From a virus (taxonomy: Duplodnaviria; Caudoviricetes), in the IMG/VR virus record IMGVR_UViG_3300020044_007015, positions 1 through 26,920 of that record: a stretch of 26,920 nt of DNA; one strand, 5' to 3'. The notes under the pieces were generated by a model, which saw only the letters and a list, made by a program, of their open reading frames with translations, was not told the DNA's origin and made no database searches. The translations under genes and the position numbers were made by a program. Positions within the stretch are counted from its first letter, which is position 1; every line of letters begins with the position of its first letter. Positions 1 to 7,862 of this stretch are shown piece after piece.

Positions 1-51
1 CCGAGCCAAGACGACCCGATGTGGAAATACCTGGAGAGCCGCAATGGATGA
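1..51 (+). CDS. 3' end of an upstream small gene (partial)
   Basis: Frame 1 is open from the window start (PSQDDPMWKYLESRNG*) and overlaps the start of the next gene. Confidence 0.35.
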   Translation, partial: PSQDDPMWKYLESRNG

Positions 52-544
52 TCTTGTGAAGCAGTCGCGGGATGCGCTGGACGGGGTGACGGAAGGGCCG
101 TGGCGGCTTGGATCGTGGATGGACAATGTTTTCGGCACTGGGCCTAATGGCGAATGGTTTCCGATATGCCGGGTAAAGCGCAATGACGCACCGATTGAAG
201 GAAACCAAGATCACAAGGACGCCCGCTTCATCGCCGCCGCCCGCCAGCTTGTCCCCGCCATGGCCGACGAGATTGAACGCCTGCGGGGTGAGGTCGCGCG
301 GATGCGGGGGGCGGTGAAGGTCAAGCCGCTGGTGTGGGTCCAGTCAGGCGGATCGCATGTTATGGATGGTGAGAGCCATACTGTCCCCACCGGATACACT
401 GTGCGATTTGCAGATGAAAACGGGTGGAAGTGGTCAACACCGCTTGGGGCGTATGGGTGGGAACGCAGCCCAAAATCCGCCAAGGCCGCCGCACAAGATG
501 ACCACGAAACGCGCGTCCTTTCCGCACTGGATTTGCAACCATGA
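44..544 (+). CDS. Ead/Ea22-like phage early protein
   Basis: TEGPW...DARFIAAARQLVPAMADEIERLR motif of Ead/Ea22-like proteins; GGAG upstream of the ATG. Confidence 0.6.
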   Translation: MDDLVKQSRDALDGVTEGPWRLGSWMDNVFGTGPNGEWFPICRVKRNDAPIEGNQDHKDARFIAAARQLVPAMADEIERLRGEVARMRGAVKVKPLVWVQSGGSHVMDGESHTVPTGYTVRFADENGWKWSTPLGAYGWERSPKSAKAAAQDDHETRVLSALDLQP

Positions 545-594
545 CCGCTAGGGGTATGCTCTTTGGTTCATTGAACCTACGCACACGCGGTTTC

Positions 595-660
595 TCTGCG
601 CAAACCGAATTCGCGCCTGTGCAGGGGGTGCTTTTCTGCGCAGATCGGCTTATTCTGCGG
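595..660 (+). repeat. Four YCTGYG(CA) direct repeats about 20 bp apart, possible recombinase arm or accessory sites
   Basis: TCTGCGCA 595-602, CCTGTGCA 616-623, TCTGCGCA 635-642, TCTGCG 654-659, directly left of the att core. Confidence 0.45.
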
Positions 661-673
661 GCGGAGAATCCCA

Positions 674-718
674 CTCCTAAGGGGAGGGTTGCAGGTTCAA
701 GTCCTGCCGGGGTCACCA
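674..718 (+). mobile_element. att core: 3' half of tRNA-Arg(CCT)
   Basis: Anticodon loop CTCCTAA, T-arm GCAGG-TTCAAGT-CCTGC (691-707), acceptor 3' strand CGGGGTC-A-CCA. There is no 5' acceptor strand or D-arm upstream. Confidence 0.8.
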
Positions 719-804
719 ATCTTTTCAACACCTTACGCAACGCAAAAAAGGAAAACCGCCCGGCCCGTTGAACCTTGCGCGGGCTTTGCTATGGGAGAAG
801 CGCA

Positions 805-990
805 ATGACTGATGATGAGAAAATCGGGGGCGTAGTTGTATTTGCCCCGCTGTGGAACAAGTCTAAGCCTGAATATCTGCGCCAGATCGTCAACCTGCTA
901 TCATCGGCCAGCTACAACTTCGCCGATGATGCAGGCGGCGAATGGGGCCACGGCTATGCTCAGGTTGCAGAATCGGCCTGCAATATTTTA
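805..990 (+). pseudogene. Probable gene fragment interrupted by a promoter module (end approximate)
   Basis: ATG 805 with GGAG upstream. The frame runs on through an obvious promoter/operator block (991-1041) into a separate gene at 1078. Confidence 0.35.
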
Positions 991-1041
991 TGCACTATGT
1001 GCAATTTCCCTGTTGACCCATCAATGCACATCATGCATAGT
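991..1041 (+). promoter_or_regulatory. Sigma70-like promoter with two palindromic operators
   Basis: TTGACC(1013-1018)-17-CATAGT(1036-1041); TGCACTATGTGCA 991-1003 and TGCACATCATGCA 1025-1037. Confidence 0.6.
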
Positions 1042-1077
1042 ATCCCCATACCCACAACGGGATATGGAGACAGAGAG

Positions 1078-1275
1078 ATGGCACGGTATGCACTGCGGAT
1101 GGAGACGGCGGACGGGACGCTTGAGGACGCCTATCACTTTATGGCCTGCAAGGCAGATGCCATCCGCGCGGCCAAGAATGCGGCCAAGAACACCTCATGC
1201 GCCGATGTTGTCCGATTCCATGTTGACGACACAAAAACCGAAATTGGCGTGTTTGCCGTTGAGGTGAAGCGGTGA
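1078..1275 (+). CDS. Hypothetical phage protein (65 aa, MARYALRMETADG...)
   Basis: GGAGA RBS 1066-1070 before ATG 1078, downstream of the promoter. Confidence 0.65.
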   Translation: MARYALRMETADGTLEDAYHFMACKADAIRAAKNAAKNTSCADVVRFHVDDTKTEIGVFAVEVKR

Positions 1276-1502
1276 GTTCGGCCCGCGATGATGTGCTTAG
1301 AGAAGCGGCCCAATGGGCCGCAATCTTGCGCCGATCTGGCTATCCAGAGGCGCAGGTTGCCCCAGAGTATTGCATCGGCGGTGTTGTCGGGGACGACGGC
1401 TTTTTCACCCAGACGGTGAGCGTTTGGGCTGGTCCATACAAGCTGGAAACCGCCCCGACCGTTATCCGGCGCGCTTTCAATTTCGTCACTTTCACAGATT
1501 GA
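1272..1502 (+). CDS. Hypothetical protein
   Basis: GTGA overlap with the previous gene and GAGGTG RBS. Confidence 0.55.
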   Translation: MSSARDDVLREAAQWAAILRRSGYPEAQVAPEYCIGGVVGDDGFFTQTVSVWAGPYKLETAPTVIRRAFNFVTFTD

Positions 1503-1573
1503 ACCATCGCTATGACCCCCCACACCGCCGCCGCCATCCGCGCAGTGACGGGTGATGAGTAAGGCTAAATCCC

Positions 1574-1602
1574 TTGACTACCTACTCACAACCGACTAAC
1601 CT
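1574..1602 (+). promoter_or_regulatory. Sigma70-like promoter, leaderless transcript
   Basis: TTGACT-17-TAACCT; ATG 1609 lies at the predicted start site with no SD. Confidence 0.65.
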
Positions 1603-1608
1603 ACCTAC

Positions 1609-1806
1609 ATGGAAAAGCAATACCGATTCGCACTAGACGCAATAAGCAAGGGGCAGACTGTCCTTGTTTACAAAGGTGTGACCGCTAGTTACGCTAAACA
1701 CGTCAAGACTGCGGAACGGTTGACGCTGGTTGATGGTGTGTTGATGGTTGATGGTGTTAGTTGTGCAGGAATGACAATGGCGATTAAGCCGGGGAGAGTG
1801 AAGTGA
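1609..1806 (+). CDS. Hypothetical phage protein
   Basis: ORF directly after the promoter; GTGA overlap with the next gene. Confidence 0.65.
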   Translation: MEKQYRFALDAISKGQTVLVYKGVTASYAKHVKTAERLTLVDGVLMVDGVSCAGMTMAIKPGRVK

Positions 1807-2078
1807 TCGAACTACTACTAACCGTAATCGTAGCAGACGGAACACTAACAGTCACCCGCACGGATGAATGCTACATTCACGCGGAATATGAAAACCGCCT
1901 AGCTGGTGGGCCGACTGATCAAGCTTACGATATTGACGGGAACACAGTAACCGTTGAAAAGAACGCGGACGACATTCCAGAGCGATTGATTGTGTTTGCG
2001 CTTGGGAAAGAGTATGCTATTGACGTTTCGGAGTATGAAACTGGCACGGTTTGTGTGCCTTATTATCAGGGGAGTTAG
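1803..2078 (+). CDS. Hypothetical phage protein
   Basis: GGGGAG RBS and overlapping start/stop. Confidence 0.65.
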   Translation: MIELLLTVIVADGTLTVTRTDECYIHAEYENRLAGGPTDQAYDIDGNTVTVEKNADDIPERLIVFALGKEYAIDVSEYETGTVCVPYYQGS

Positions 2079-2081
2079 GCA

Positions 2082-2492
2082 GTGAGTAGGTCAGAATACA
2101 GTGACGATTGCGATGATAACTGGCGTTTTATTATGTATAGGGGTGCTGTAAAATCAGCAATCAAAGGCCAGCGTGGGCAAGCATTCCTTAGAGAAGCAAT
2201 TAATGTATTGGAAAATATGGAAAAAAAAGAACTAACGTCTAATATTTTATCATCCGAAGATGGCAGATATTGCTTGCTTGGTGCTGTTGGTAAGGCGCGC
2301 GGAATTGATGTTGATTCAATGAATGATTATGGTGTTGATATTGTATCTGATAGGTTTGGCATAAGTGAGGCCATGACTCGTGAAATTGTTTTTTACAATG
2401 ATGAGTATTCAACTGGATTTGAAACTCCAAGTGATAGATGGAATCGTATGCTTGATTGGATGAAGTCTTTAATTGTTAAGGATTCGAATTAA
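2082..2492 (+). CDS. Conserved phage hypothetical protein
   Basis: RGAVKSAIKGQRGQAFLRE...CLLGAVG...EIVFYNDE pattern recalled from phage hypotheticals; GGGGAG RBS; visibly AT-rich. Confidence 0.7.
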   Translation: MSRSEYSDDCDDNWRFIMYRGAVKSAIKGQRGQAFLREAINVLENMEKKELTSNILSSEDGRYCLLGAVGKARGIDVDSMNDYGVDIVSDRFGISEAMTREIVFYNDEYSTGFETPSDRWNRMLDWMKSLIVKDSN

Positions 2493-2653
2493 TGGAAGAA
2501 CGTAGATACAAAGACAGCGCAGAAGCTTACCGGGCGATTCACGACGCACTAGGTTGGGCAGTTGATGCTATGCTAGAGGATTGCGAATACAAACAAGCAA
2601 TTGAATTTTGCGAGTTGATGCGCGATATTGAGGTGCATACTGATGTCAGTTAA
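2492..2653 (+). CDS. Small hypothetical protein (53 aa, MEERRYKDSAEAY...), not in ORF track
   Basis: TAATG overlap with the previous stop, AAGGA upstream, fills the gap. Confidence 0.6.
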   Translation: MEERRYKDSAEAYRAIHDALGWAVDAMLEDCEYKQAIEFCELMRDIEVHTDVS

Positions 2654-2810
2654 CTGGGGGCCATGGATCAGCTTCAACGGCGAACGCTGCCCTTGCGTAG
2701 GTAAACTTGCCGAAGTCTGTTACACTGATCAGCATTCAAGCGAGATCGGTATTGCGGAAGATCATGTTTATTGGCGGTTTGTGTGGCGGTATCGTTTGGC
2801 GGAAAGTTGA
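2643..2810 (+). CDS. Small hypothetical protein (MSVNWGPWISFNGERCP...)
   Basis: GAGGTG RBS before ATG 2643. Confidence 0.55.
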   Translation: MSVNWGPWISFNGERCPCVGKLAEVCYTDQHSSEIGIAEDHVYWRFVWRYRLAES

Positions 2811-2835
2811 ACCTGTGCTAGTGATGTGATACCGT
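2807..2835 (+). promoter_or_regulatory. Promoter for terL, probably leaderless
   Basis: TTGAAC-17-TACCGT; ATG 2842 follows 6 nt later with no SD. Confidence 0.55.
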
Positions 2836-2841
2836 AGCGCC

Positions 2842-4089
2842 ATGAGTGAGGCGCAAGAAGAAGCTAAAGTAGTCCTATCAAAAGCGGCCCGTGAGGTGTT
2901 TTCATCACTTCGCGGGTCTGTTTCGTATCGCGCAATGTATGGTGGCCGGGGAAGCGGAAAGTCATACTCTGCGGCGCTGGTTGCGGCTGTATGGGGGTAT
3001 GTGGAACGCCTAAGGGTTCTTTGCGTTCGTGAATTTCAGAACTCTATTGCGCAATCGTTCTATGCCGAATTAAAGGCCGCTATTGAGGCGCATTGGTGGC
3101 TGGCAGAACATTACGAATTGCAGCGTGACAGGATCATCGGAAAGAACGGCACTGAATTTATGTTCAAGGGCCTGCATTCTAATCCAACTGCGATTAAGTC
3201 TCTGGCAAAGATCGACCTTACAATCGTAGAAGAAGCTGAGGATATTCCAGAGGAAAGCTGGTTGCAGCTTGAGGCAACAGTCTTGCGGCAACCGGGTTCG
3301 GAGATTTGGGCGCTTTGGAATCCAAAGAAGCGCAATAGCCCGGTAGATCATAGGTTTATTAAAAACCCGCCAAAGGATGCGATTGTCAGAAAGATCAACT
3401 ACACTGACAATCCGTTCTTTCCTGAAGGTCTGCAAAAACTATGCGAACGGCAGCGAGATATTCTGGACTATGGAACATGGGCGCATGTTTGGCTAGGAGA
3501 ATACCGCGAAAACAGTCACGCCCAGATATTCAACGGTAGATTTGAACAGAAAGAGTTTACGCCCGGCAAAGGATGGAAAGGCCCGTATCAAGGCGGCGAC
3601 TGGGGTTATTCACAAGACCCTGTGGCTGTTATCAGGGCTTGGGAGTATGACGACTGCCTTTGGATTGAATATGAGGCGGGCGGCGTTGGTATTGAGTTGG
3701 ATGACATTCCCGGAACAGCTGCACAGATACCAGACTTCCACCGTTACGACTGCTATTGGGATAGCGCGCAACCTGCAATGATTAGCCATGTGATTCGTGG
3801 GGGCTTGACTAGAAGTAAGCCTGTTGTCAAGAAAAAAGGCAGCGTTGAGGATGGGATTCAGTTTATCCGTTCATATCGGCGCGTTTATATTCATCCAAGG
3901 TGTAAGAACACTTTGGATGAATTTCAGAATTACAGTTGGAAGATTGACCGGAACGCTATTGACCCCAAGACAGGCCAGAACCTAATCCTAGACGTTCCGG
4001 TCGATGCGTTTAATCACTACGTTGATGCTCTTAGGTATGGCTTGTCGCCTGTAATGGTTAAGCGCGCTTTCAATTGGGCGGCTGTTTAG
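2842..4089 (+). CDS. terL: Terminase large subunit (PBSX-like)
   Basis: Walker A YGGRGSGKS, REFQNSI, Walker B TIVEEA, WNP, nuclease GGDWG and NHYVDALRY. Confidence 0.95.
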   Translation: MSEAQEEAKVVLSKAAREVFSSLRGSVSYRAMYGGRGSGKSYSAALVAAVWGYVERLRVLCVREFQNSIAQSFYAELKAAIEAHWWLAEHYELQRDRIIGKNGTEFMFKGLHSNPTAIKSLAKIDLTIVEEAEDIPEESWLQLEATVLRQPGSEIWALWNPKKRNSPVDHRFIKNPPKDAIVRKINYTDNPFFPEGLQKLCERQRDILDYGTWAHVWLGEYRENSHAQIFNGRFEQKEFTPGKGWKGPYQGGDWGYSQDPVAVIRAWEYDDCLWIEYEAGGVGIELDDIPGTAAQIPDFHRYDCYWDSAQPAMISHVIRGGLTRSKPVVKKKGSVEDGIQFIRSYRRVYIHPRCKNTLDEFQNYSWKIDRNAIDPKTGQNLILDVPVDAFNHYVDALRYGLSPVMVKRAFNWAAV

Positions 4090-4205
4090 AGTGTGTCCTC
4101 ATATTCAACCGCAGTCCTGATATAATACCGCGCCGCAGATGTGCTTGCTGTAAAGTGGGCTAGGTTTAGTAGCCCTACTGTGATTGCTTGGCGGATCAGT
4201 CGCAT
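4086..4205 (-). CDS. Small hypothetical protein (39 aa, MRLIRQAITVGLLNL...)
   Basis: Overlaps the end of the 4196-4714 gene and ends tail-to-tail with terL. Confidence 0.4.
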   Translation of the reverse strand: MRLIRQAITVGLLNLAHFTASTSAARYYIRTAVEYEDTL

Positions 4206-4714
4206 GGCGTGATCTTTGCGGTTGACCAATCTGGCTTACCGTCTAGGGTGGTGACTTCCATCGTGAATTTATGGTCGCCCATATCTGAGTGGAATGTAAC
4301 CCAACCTCCACTTGAACCCTTGTGAATCGAACCTTTAACGGTAATGGTTTCCACCTTTGGCCCAAGATCAATGGTGTATTCACTGCCTGCGCCTAAGCAA
4401 ATAGGCGTCCCGTCAACATTCCAACAGTATGCTGTTGTATCCCCGTGATTAAGCCAAGCAACACCATCTCTCACGAAGATACATTCCCAACTATTGCCGT
4501 TGCGGCTGGTGTATTTGCCGCCTACTTCGATTTGGTGAGGTGGGGTGTATGGTTCGATTTCCGAATCTCGCATATACCACATTTCTTTGCCGTTTGATGC
4601 ACAGTAATCACAATCGTTCACTTTCTGGATTGTAATAACCTCACCAATATCAAAGTGGTGGCGATGAAATGCGGCCACTTTAACCTTATCCCCAACTTTA
4701 TACTTCATCATCAT
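4196..4714 (-). CDS. Hypothetical phage protein with KYKVGDKV (SH3-like) N-terminus
   Basis: Long ORF with GGAGG RBS and own promoter; repeated 'KVGDKV/EVGGKY' starts of small beta domains. Confidence 0.7.
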   Translation of the reverse strand: MMMKYKVGDKVKVAAFHRHHFDIGEVITIQKVNDCDYCASNGKEMWYMRDSEIEPYTPPHQIEVGGKYTSRNGNSWECIFVRDGVAWLNHGDTTAYCWNVDGTPICLGAGSEYTIDLGPKVETITVKGSIHKGSSGGWVTFHSDMGDHKFTMEVTTLDGKPDWSTAKITPCD

Positions 4715-4781
4715 GCACCTCCAGTGCTTTTGAAATTGCCATCCATTCGTCGCGAGTCATCTCTAGTGATTCGCGTCCCTC

Positions 4782-4810
4782 ACAGTAAACCCGAATCGCC
4801 TCATTGTCAA
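4782..4810 (-). promoter_or_regulatory. Sigma70-like promoter with GANTC in spacer
   Basis: Minus strand TTGACA-atgagg-CGATTCG-ggtt-TACTGT. Confidence 0.7.
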
Positions 4811-4855
4811 CAAGATCAGCGCGAACGCCTGCGCTGTTGTAGATTGTGATTTCGG

Positions 4856-5065
4856 TCATTCCAAACCCTCCCCAAAGTGTTTCAAGATTGCGCGGGCGGT
4901 TGCGATTGCTTCGCCTTTATGCAAGTGAATGTAGCCATCGCAATTCAGACTATGACAATCCGAAATTGTGACAATATCCAACTCAGTATCAGCAAACACG
5001 TTAAGCGTTGACGTTTGCTCAATCAACTTATCTGTAGGTTCTTCTTCATAGTTATGCCAGCGCAT
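4856..5065 (-). CDS. Hypothetical phage protein
   Basis: AAAGGA RBS and upstream promoter. Confidence 0.65.
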   Translation of the reverse strand: MRWHNYEEEPTDKLIEQTSTLNVFADTELDIVTISDCHSLNCDGYIHLHKGEAIATARAILKHFGEGLE

Positions 5066-5088
5066 CGATTCGTCCTTTCATGCCTAAT

Positions 5089-5132
5089 TTGCTTCCACGA
5101 ATCACTTAGCACATACTGCCCCATAAAGTCAA
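5089..5132. promoter_or_regulatory. Overlapping divergent promoters (portal vs antisense island)
   Basis: Plus TTGCTT(5089)-17-CATACT; minus TTGACT(5132-5127)-17/18-CTAAGT/TAAGTG. Confidence 0.5.
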
Positions 5133-5141
5133 GGGGTTCGT

Positions 5142-6506
5142 ATGCCTAAACGTGCATCTAACGGTAGGTTCATCAGTGACAGTCTAACCACTGCAACGAC
5201 TGCAATGGTTGGCGCGGCGCAACCGGGCATCAACTACACATACCGCGCGCCAAGTCAAGATCTGGTCACGTTCTACAACTGCTATGATACAAGCCCGCTT
5301 GCACAGTTGCTTATCAACACGTTGCCAGAGGATACCGTATCAGAGTGGCGCGAGTGGCAAGCGGATGACGCTAAGGTTAGCTTGATCGAGAAAGAAGAGC
5401 GCCGAGTTGACGCGGTTAAGCTGATTCGTGACTTACAGGTTTTCGCGTCACTGGAAGGTGAGGCGATTATCTATCTGGATGATGGCACGGACGCAACTCA
5501 ACCGCTAGTCACTGAGCGGACACGTCGCGGTGGGCTTAGGTTTGCGCGTGTATTCCGTCGCCGTGATTACACCTATGGCAATCTGATTACTGACCCGATG
5601 TCCGTTTGGTATGATCATCCTGAGTGGTATCAGATTACGACAGACGCGACTTTCGTTAGTCCGATGATTCATCCTAGCCGCGTGTTGCGGATGATTAACT
5701 CGCCAAGCCCGCAACGCGAAACTGGGTTGCCATCTTTAACGGCTGGCATTGAGTCAATCAAGCAATACGAGGCTGTTATTGCGAACACTACCTTCCTAGT
5801 CCAGAAAGCCCGAACCTCTATTATGAAGGTTGATGGGCTTATGGATAATGTGGGAGACCCCGTAACTGAGCAACAGATTATTGCCCGATACGCCTTGTTT
5901 AAGTATCAAGAAGGCAATCAGGGCATGGGGGTTATTGATAAGGAAAAAGAGGACTGGGCGCAATCGGCGTATCAGTTTGGCGGGCTTGATCCTATTATCC
6001 AGCGTATGCAGCAACACGTTTGCGCAATGTGGGGCTATCCTGTTACGCGGATTTTTGATCGTGTTGATGGTGGGCTTGGTAATTCCGGCGAAAGTAGCCT
6101 AAAGACTTATTATCAATCTGTGCGGCGTATTCAGGATAATAAGATTACGCCCTTGATTAGAACGCTTGATGAGATGATTGTTCGGTCTGCATTGGGTAAT
6201 TATCCAGATGATATTTATTACAACTGGCGACCACTTGAACAACCTAACCAAAAAGAGATTCAGGATATTGGTTCGGTTGCTGCTAATACATTAAATACGG
6301 CGGTTGCGGGCGGTTTCCTTTCGCCAGAGGTTGCGGAAAAGGCACTGATTAATCGTCTTAGCGAGTCAGGTTGTTTCCCCGGTATTGAGGCGGCTCACGA
6401 AGATTGGGTTGCGGCTGGTGGTGAATTGGAACCTAAAGAGGAAGAAGATGAGCCTTTAAGGGGTGATTTGCCGGATGATAAAGAGGATGATACGGTAAGC
6501 GCATGA
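5142..6506 (+). CDS. Portal protein (DUF1073-type)
   Basis: 454 aa; IHPSRVL, GYPVTRIF, YYQSVRRIQ, NWRPL motifs; lies between terL and the head genes. Confidence 0.9.
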   Translation: MPKRASNGRFISDSLTTATTAMVGAAQPGINYTYRAPSQDLVTFYNCYDTSPLAQLLINTLPEDTVSEWREWQADDAKVSLIEKEERRVDAVKLIRDLQVFASLEGEAIIYLDDGTDATQPLVTERTRRGGLRFARVFRRRDYTYGNLITDPMSVWYDHPEWYQITTDATFVSPMIHPSRVLRMINSPSPQRETGLPSLTAGIESIKQYEAVIANTTFLVQKARTSIMKVDGLMDNVGDPVTEQQIIARYALFKYQEGNQGMGVIDKEKEDWAQSAYQFGGLDPIIQRMQQHVCAMWGYPVTRIFDRVDGGLGNSGESSLKTYYQSVRRIQDNKITPLIRTLDEMIVRSALGNYPDDIYYNWRPLEQPNQKEIQDIGSVAANTLNTAVAGGFLSPEVAEKALINRLSESGCFPGIEAAHEDWVAAGGELEPKEEEDEPLRGDLPDDKEDDTVSA

Positions 6507-7513
6507 TTAAATTCTCTGATAAATCTGTTATTGGCGGTATTAAGAAAACGCAAGAGGGTTATCTTGTGGCGACTAGCCGCGTTGCGCGCGTAGGGGTGCA
6601 GGATTATCTAGCTAGTGAAATTGGCGATGCTGCTATTGCGGCGGGCTTTTCTGGTGATGATATTGTGAAGGTGTATCGTGCGCCTGATCAAGTATTCCAT
6701 GCTGATACGTTGGCTAGTATTACGCGTGTTCCTGTCACTGTAGATCATCCCGCCGAACTGGTTGATGCTGATAATTACGCTAAATATTCAGTTGGCGATG
6801 TAGGTGACGCTTACAAGCAAGATGGCGACTGGATTGTCGTTAATCCGATGATTAAGGATGCTGCGGCTGTTAAGGCGGCGGAAACGTCGCATAAAGAAAT
6901 TTCCATGGGCTACACGGCGGAAATCGTCAAAGCCCGTGATGGTGTGAACGCTGACTTTGAAATGGTCAATATTCGCATGAATCATTTGGCGCTTGTCCCT
7001 AAGGGTCGCGCTGGATCGGCTGCACGTATCGGTGACGCCGCTAATTGGGGGGCTTCCCCTGTAACTGTAGAGGACAAACGAATGACGGTTGAACTTAAAA
7101 CCGTGATCCTCGGTGATAAGGCTGTGCAGGTGGAAGCGAAAGACGCCGATACTGTTGCAGCTATCCTGAAAGATCACAAGACTGCGATTGACGCGAAAGA
7201 CGCGGCTATTGGTGAACTGAAGGCAAAACTGGCCGATGCTGAATCCAAGGTGCCGGACGACGCGGCTGTTGCAAAGCTGGTTGACGCAAAGGTTAAGGCA
7301 CAGTCCATGCTTGAAGCTGTAAAGGCTAAGTTTGGCGATGATGCTGTTAAAGACGCCTCGGAAGCTGAAATCGCTGGCATGTTTAAGGTGATTGATAAAG
7401 CGGCTGATAATTCAGTGCGCGATGCAATCAAGGAAAAGAAACAGAACTCGGCTGATCCTTGGGGTGACGTAATCGCCAAGCTGCCGGGTTACGAAAAGAA
7501 AGGTGACAAATAA
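6503..7513 (+). CDS. DUF2213 prohead protease/scaffold
   Basis: EGYL..ARVGVQ.Y, PVTVDHP, EISMGY, NHLALVPKGRAG; Ala/Lys/Asp-rich helical C-terminus. Confidence 0.9.
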   Translation: MIKFSDKSVIGGIKKTQEGYLVATSRVARVGVQDYLASEIGDAAIAAGFSGDDIVKVYRAPDQVFHADTLASITRVPVTVDHPAELVDADNYAKYSVGDVGDAYKQDGDWIVVNPMIKDAAAVKAAETSHKEISMGYTAEIVKARDGVNADFEMVNIRMNHLALVPKGRAGSAARIGDAANWGASPVTVEDKRMTVELKTVILGDKAVQVEAKDADTVAAILKDHKTAIDAKDAAIGELKAKLADAESKVPDDAAVAKLVDAKVKAQSMLEAVKAKFGDDAVKDASEAEIAGMFKVIDKAADNSVRDAIKEKKQNSADPWGDVIAKLPGYEKKGDK

Positions 7514-7860
7514 TGCCCGCTCTTACTCTTGGACTGCGCACTGCTGAATTTCTGGTTAGCGAGTCTAACGGTTATCAGTCGCGTGATGAGGTTCTGATTA
7601 CGACCGCTAGCGCAGATTGGACCGCTGGCACTGTGCTTGCAATCGTTTCTGGTGACTATGTGCGCTATGATGGTGCTGCTGCTTCGCCGGGTAACGTTGC
7701 CGTTGGTATCCTTTACGACGCTATCGACAGTGGCGTAACTGCTAAGCGGACTATCATCAATCAAAACGCGGAAGTGAACTTCGCTCACTTGGTTACTACT
7801 AACGCGACTGGGCTTGAGGCTTCTTTGGCTCTGCTTGGTATTAAGGTTCGGAAGGAATAA
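7513..7860 (+). CDS. Head decoration protein (lambda D-like)
   Basis: EFLVSESNGYQSRDEV, AGTVL, AVGIL, AEVN motifs; precedes the capsid gene. Confidence 0.85.
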   Translation: MPALTLGLRTAEFLVSESNGYQSRDEVLITTASADWTAGTVLAIVSGDYVRYDGAAASPGNVAVGILYDAIDSGVTAKRTIINQNAEVNFAHLVTTNATGLEASLALLGIKVRKE

Positions 7861-7862
7861 TA

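Noticed and set aside
640-718. Complete tRNA-Arg gene
   Set aside because: No 5' acceptor strand or D-arm, and the anticodon stem is imperfect.
360-771. ORFs 360-740 (-) and 541-771 (+), possible integrase fragment
   Set aside because: LVTPAGLEPAT and VAGSSPAG are translations of the tRNA T-arm; no recombinase motifs.
775-1275. Single 166 aa gene
   Set aside because: An internal promoter, operators and a strong RBS at 1066 indicate a separate gene from 1078.
4698-4760. 20 aa minus ORF MTRDEWMAISKALEVHDDEV
   Set aside because: Weak RBS and overlaps the start of the main gene; cannot be supported.
5142-6506. Anti-CBASS Acb1 label sometimes attached to this family
   Set aside because: Size and synteny indicate a portal, and no separate HxT/HxT phosphodiesterase domain is evident.
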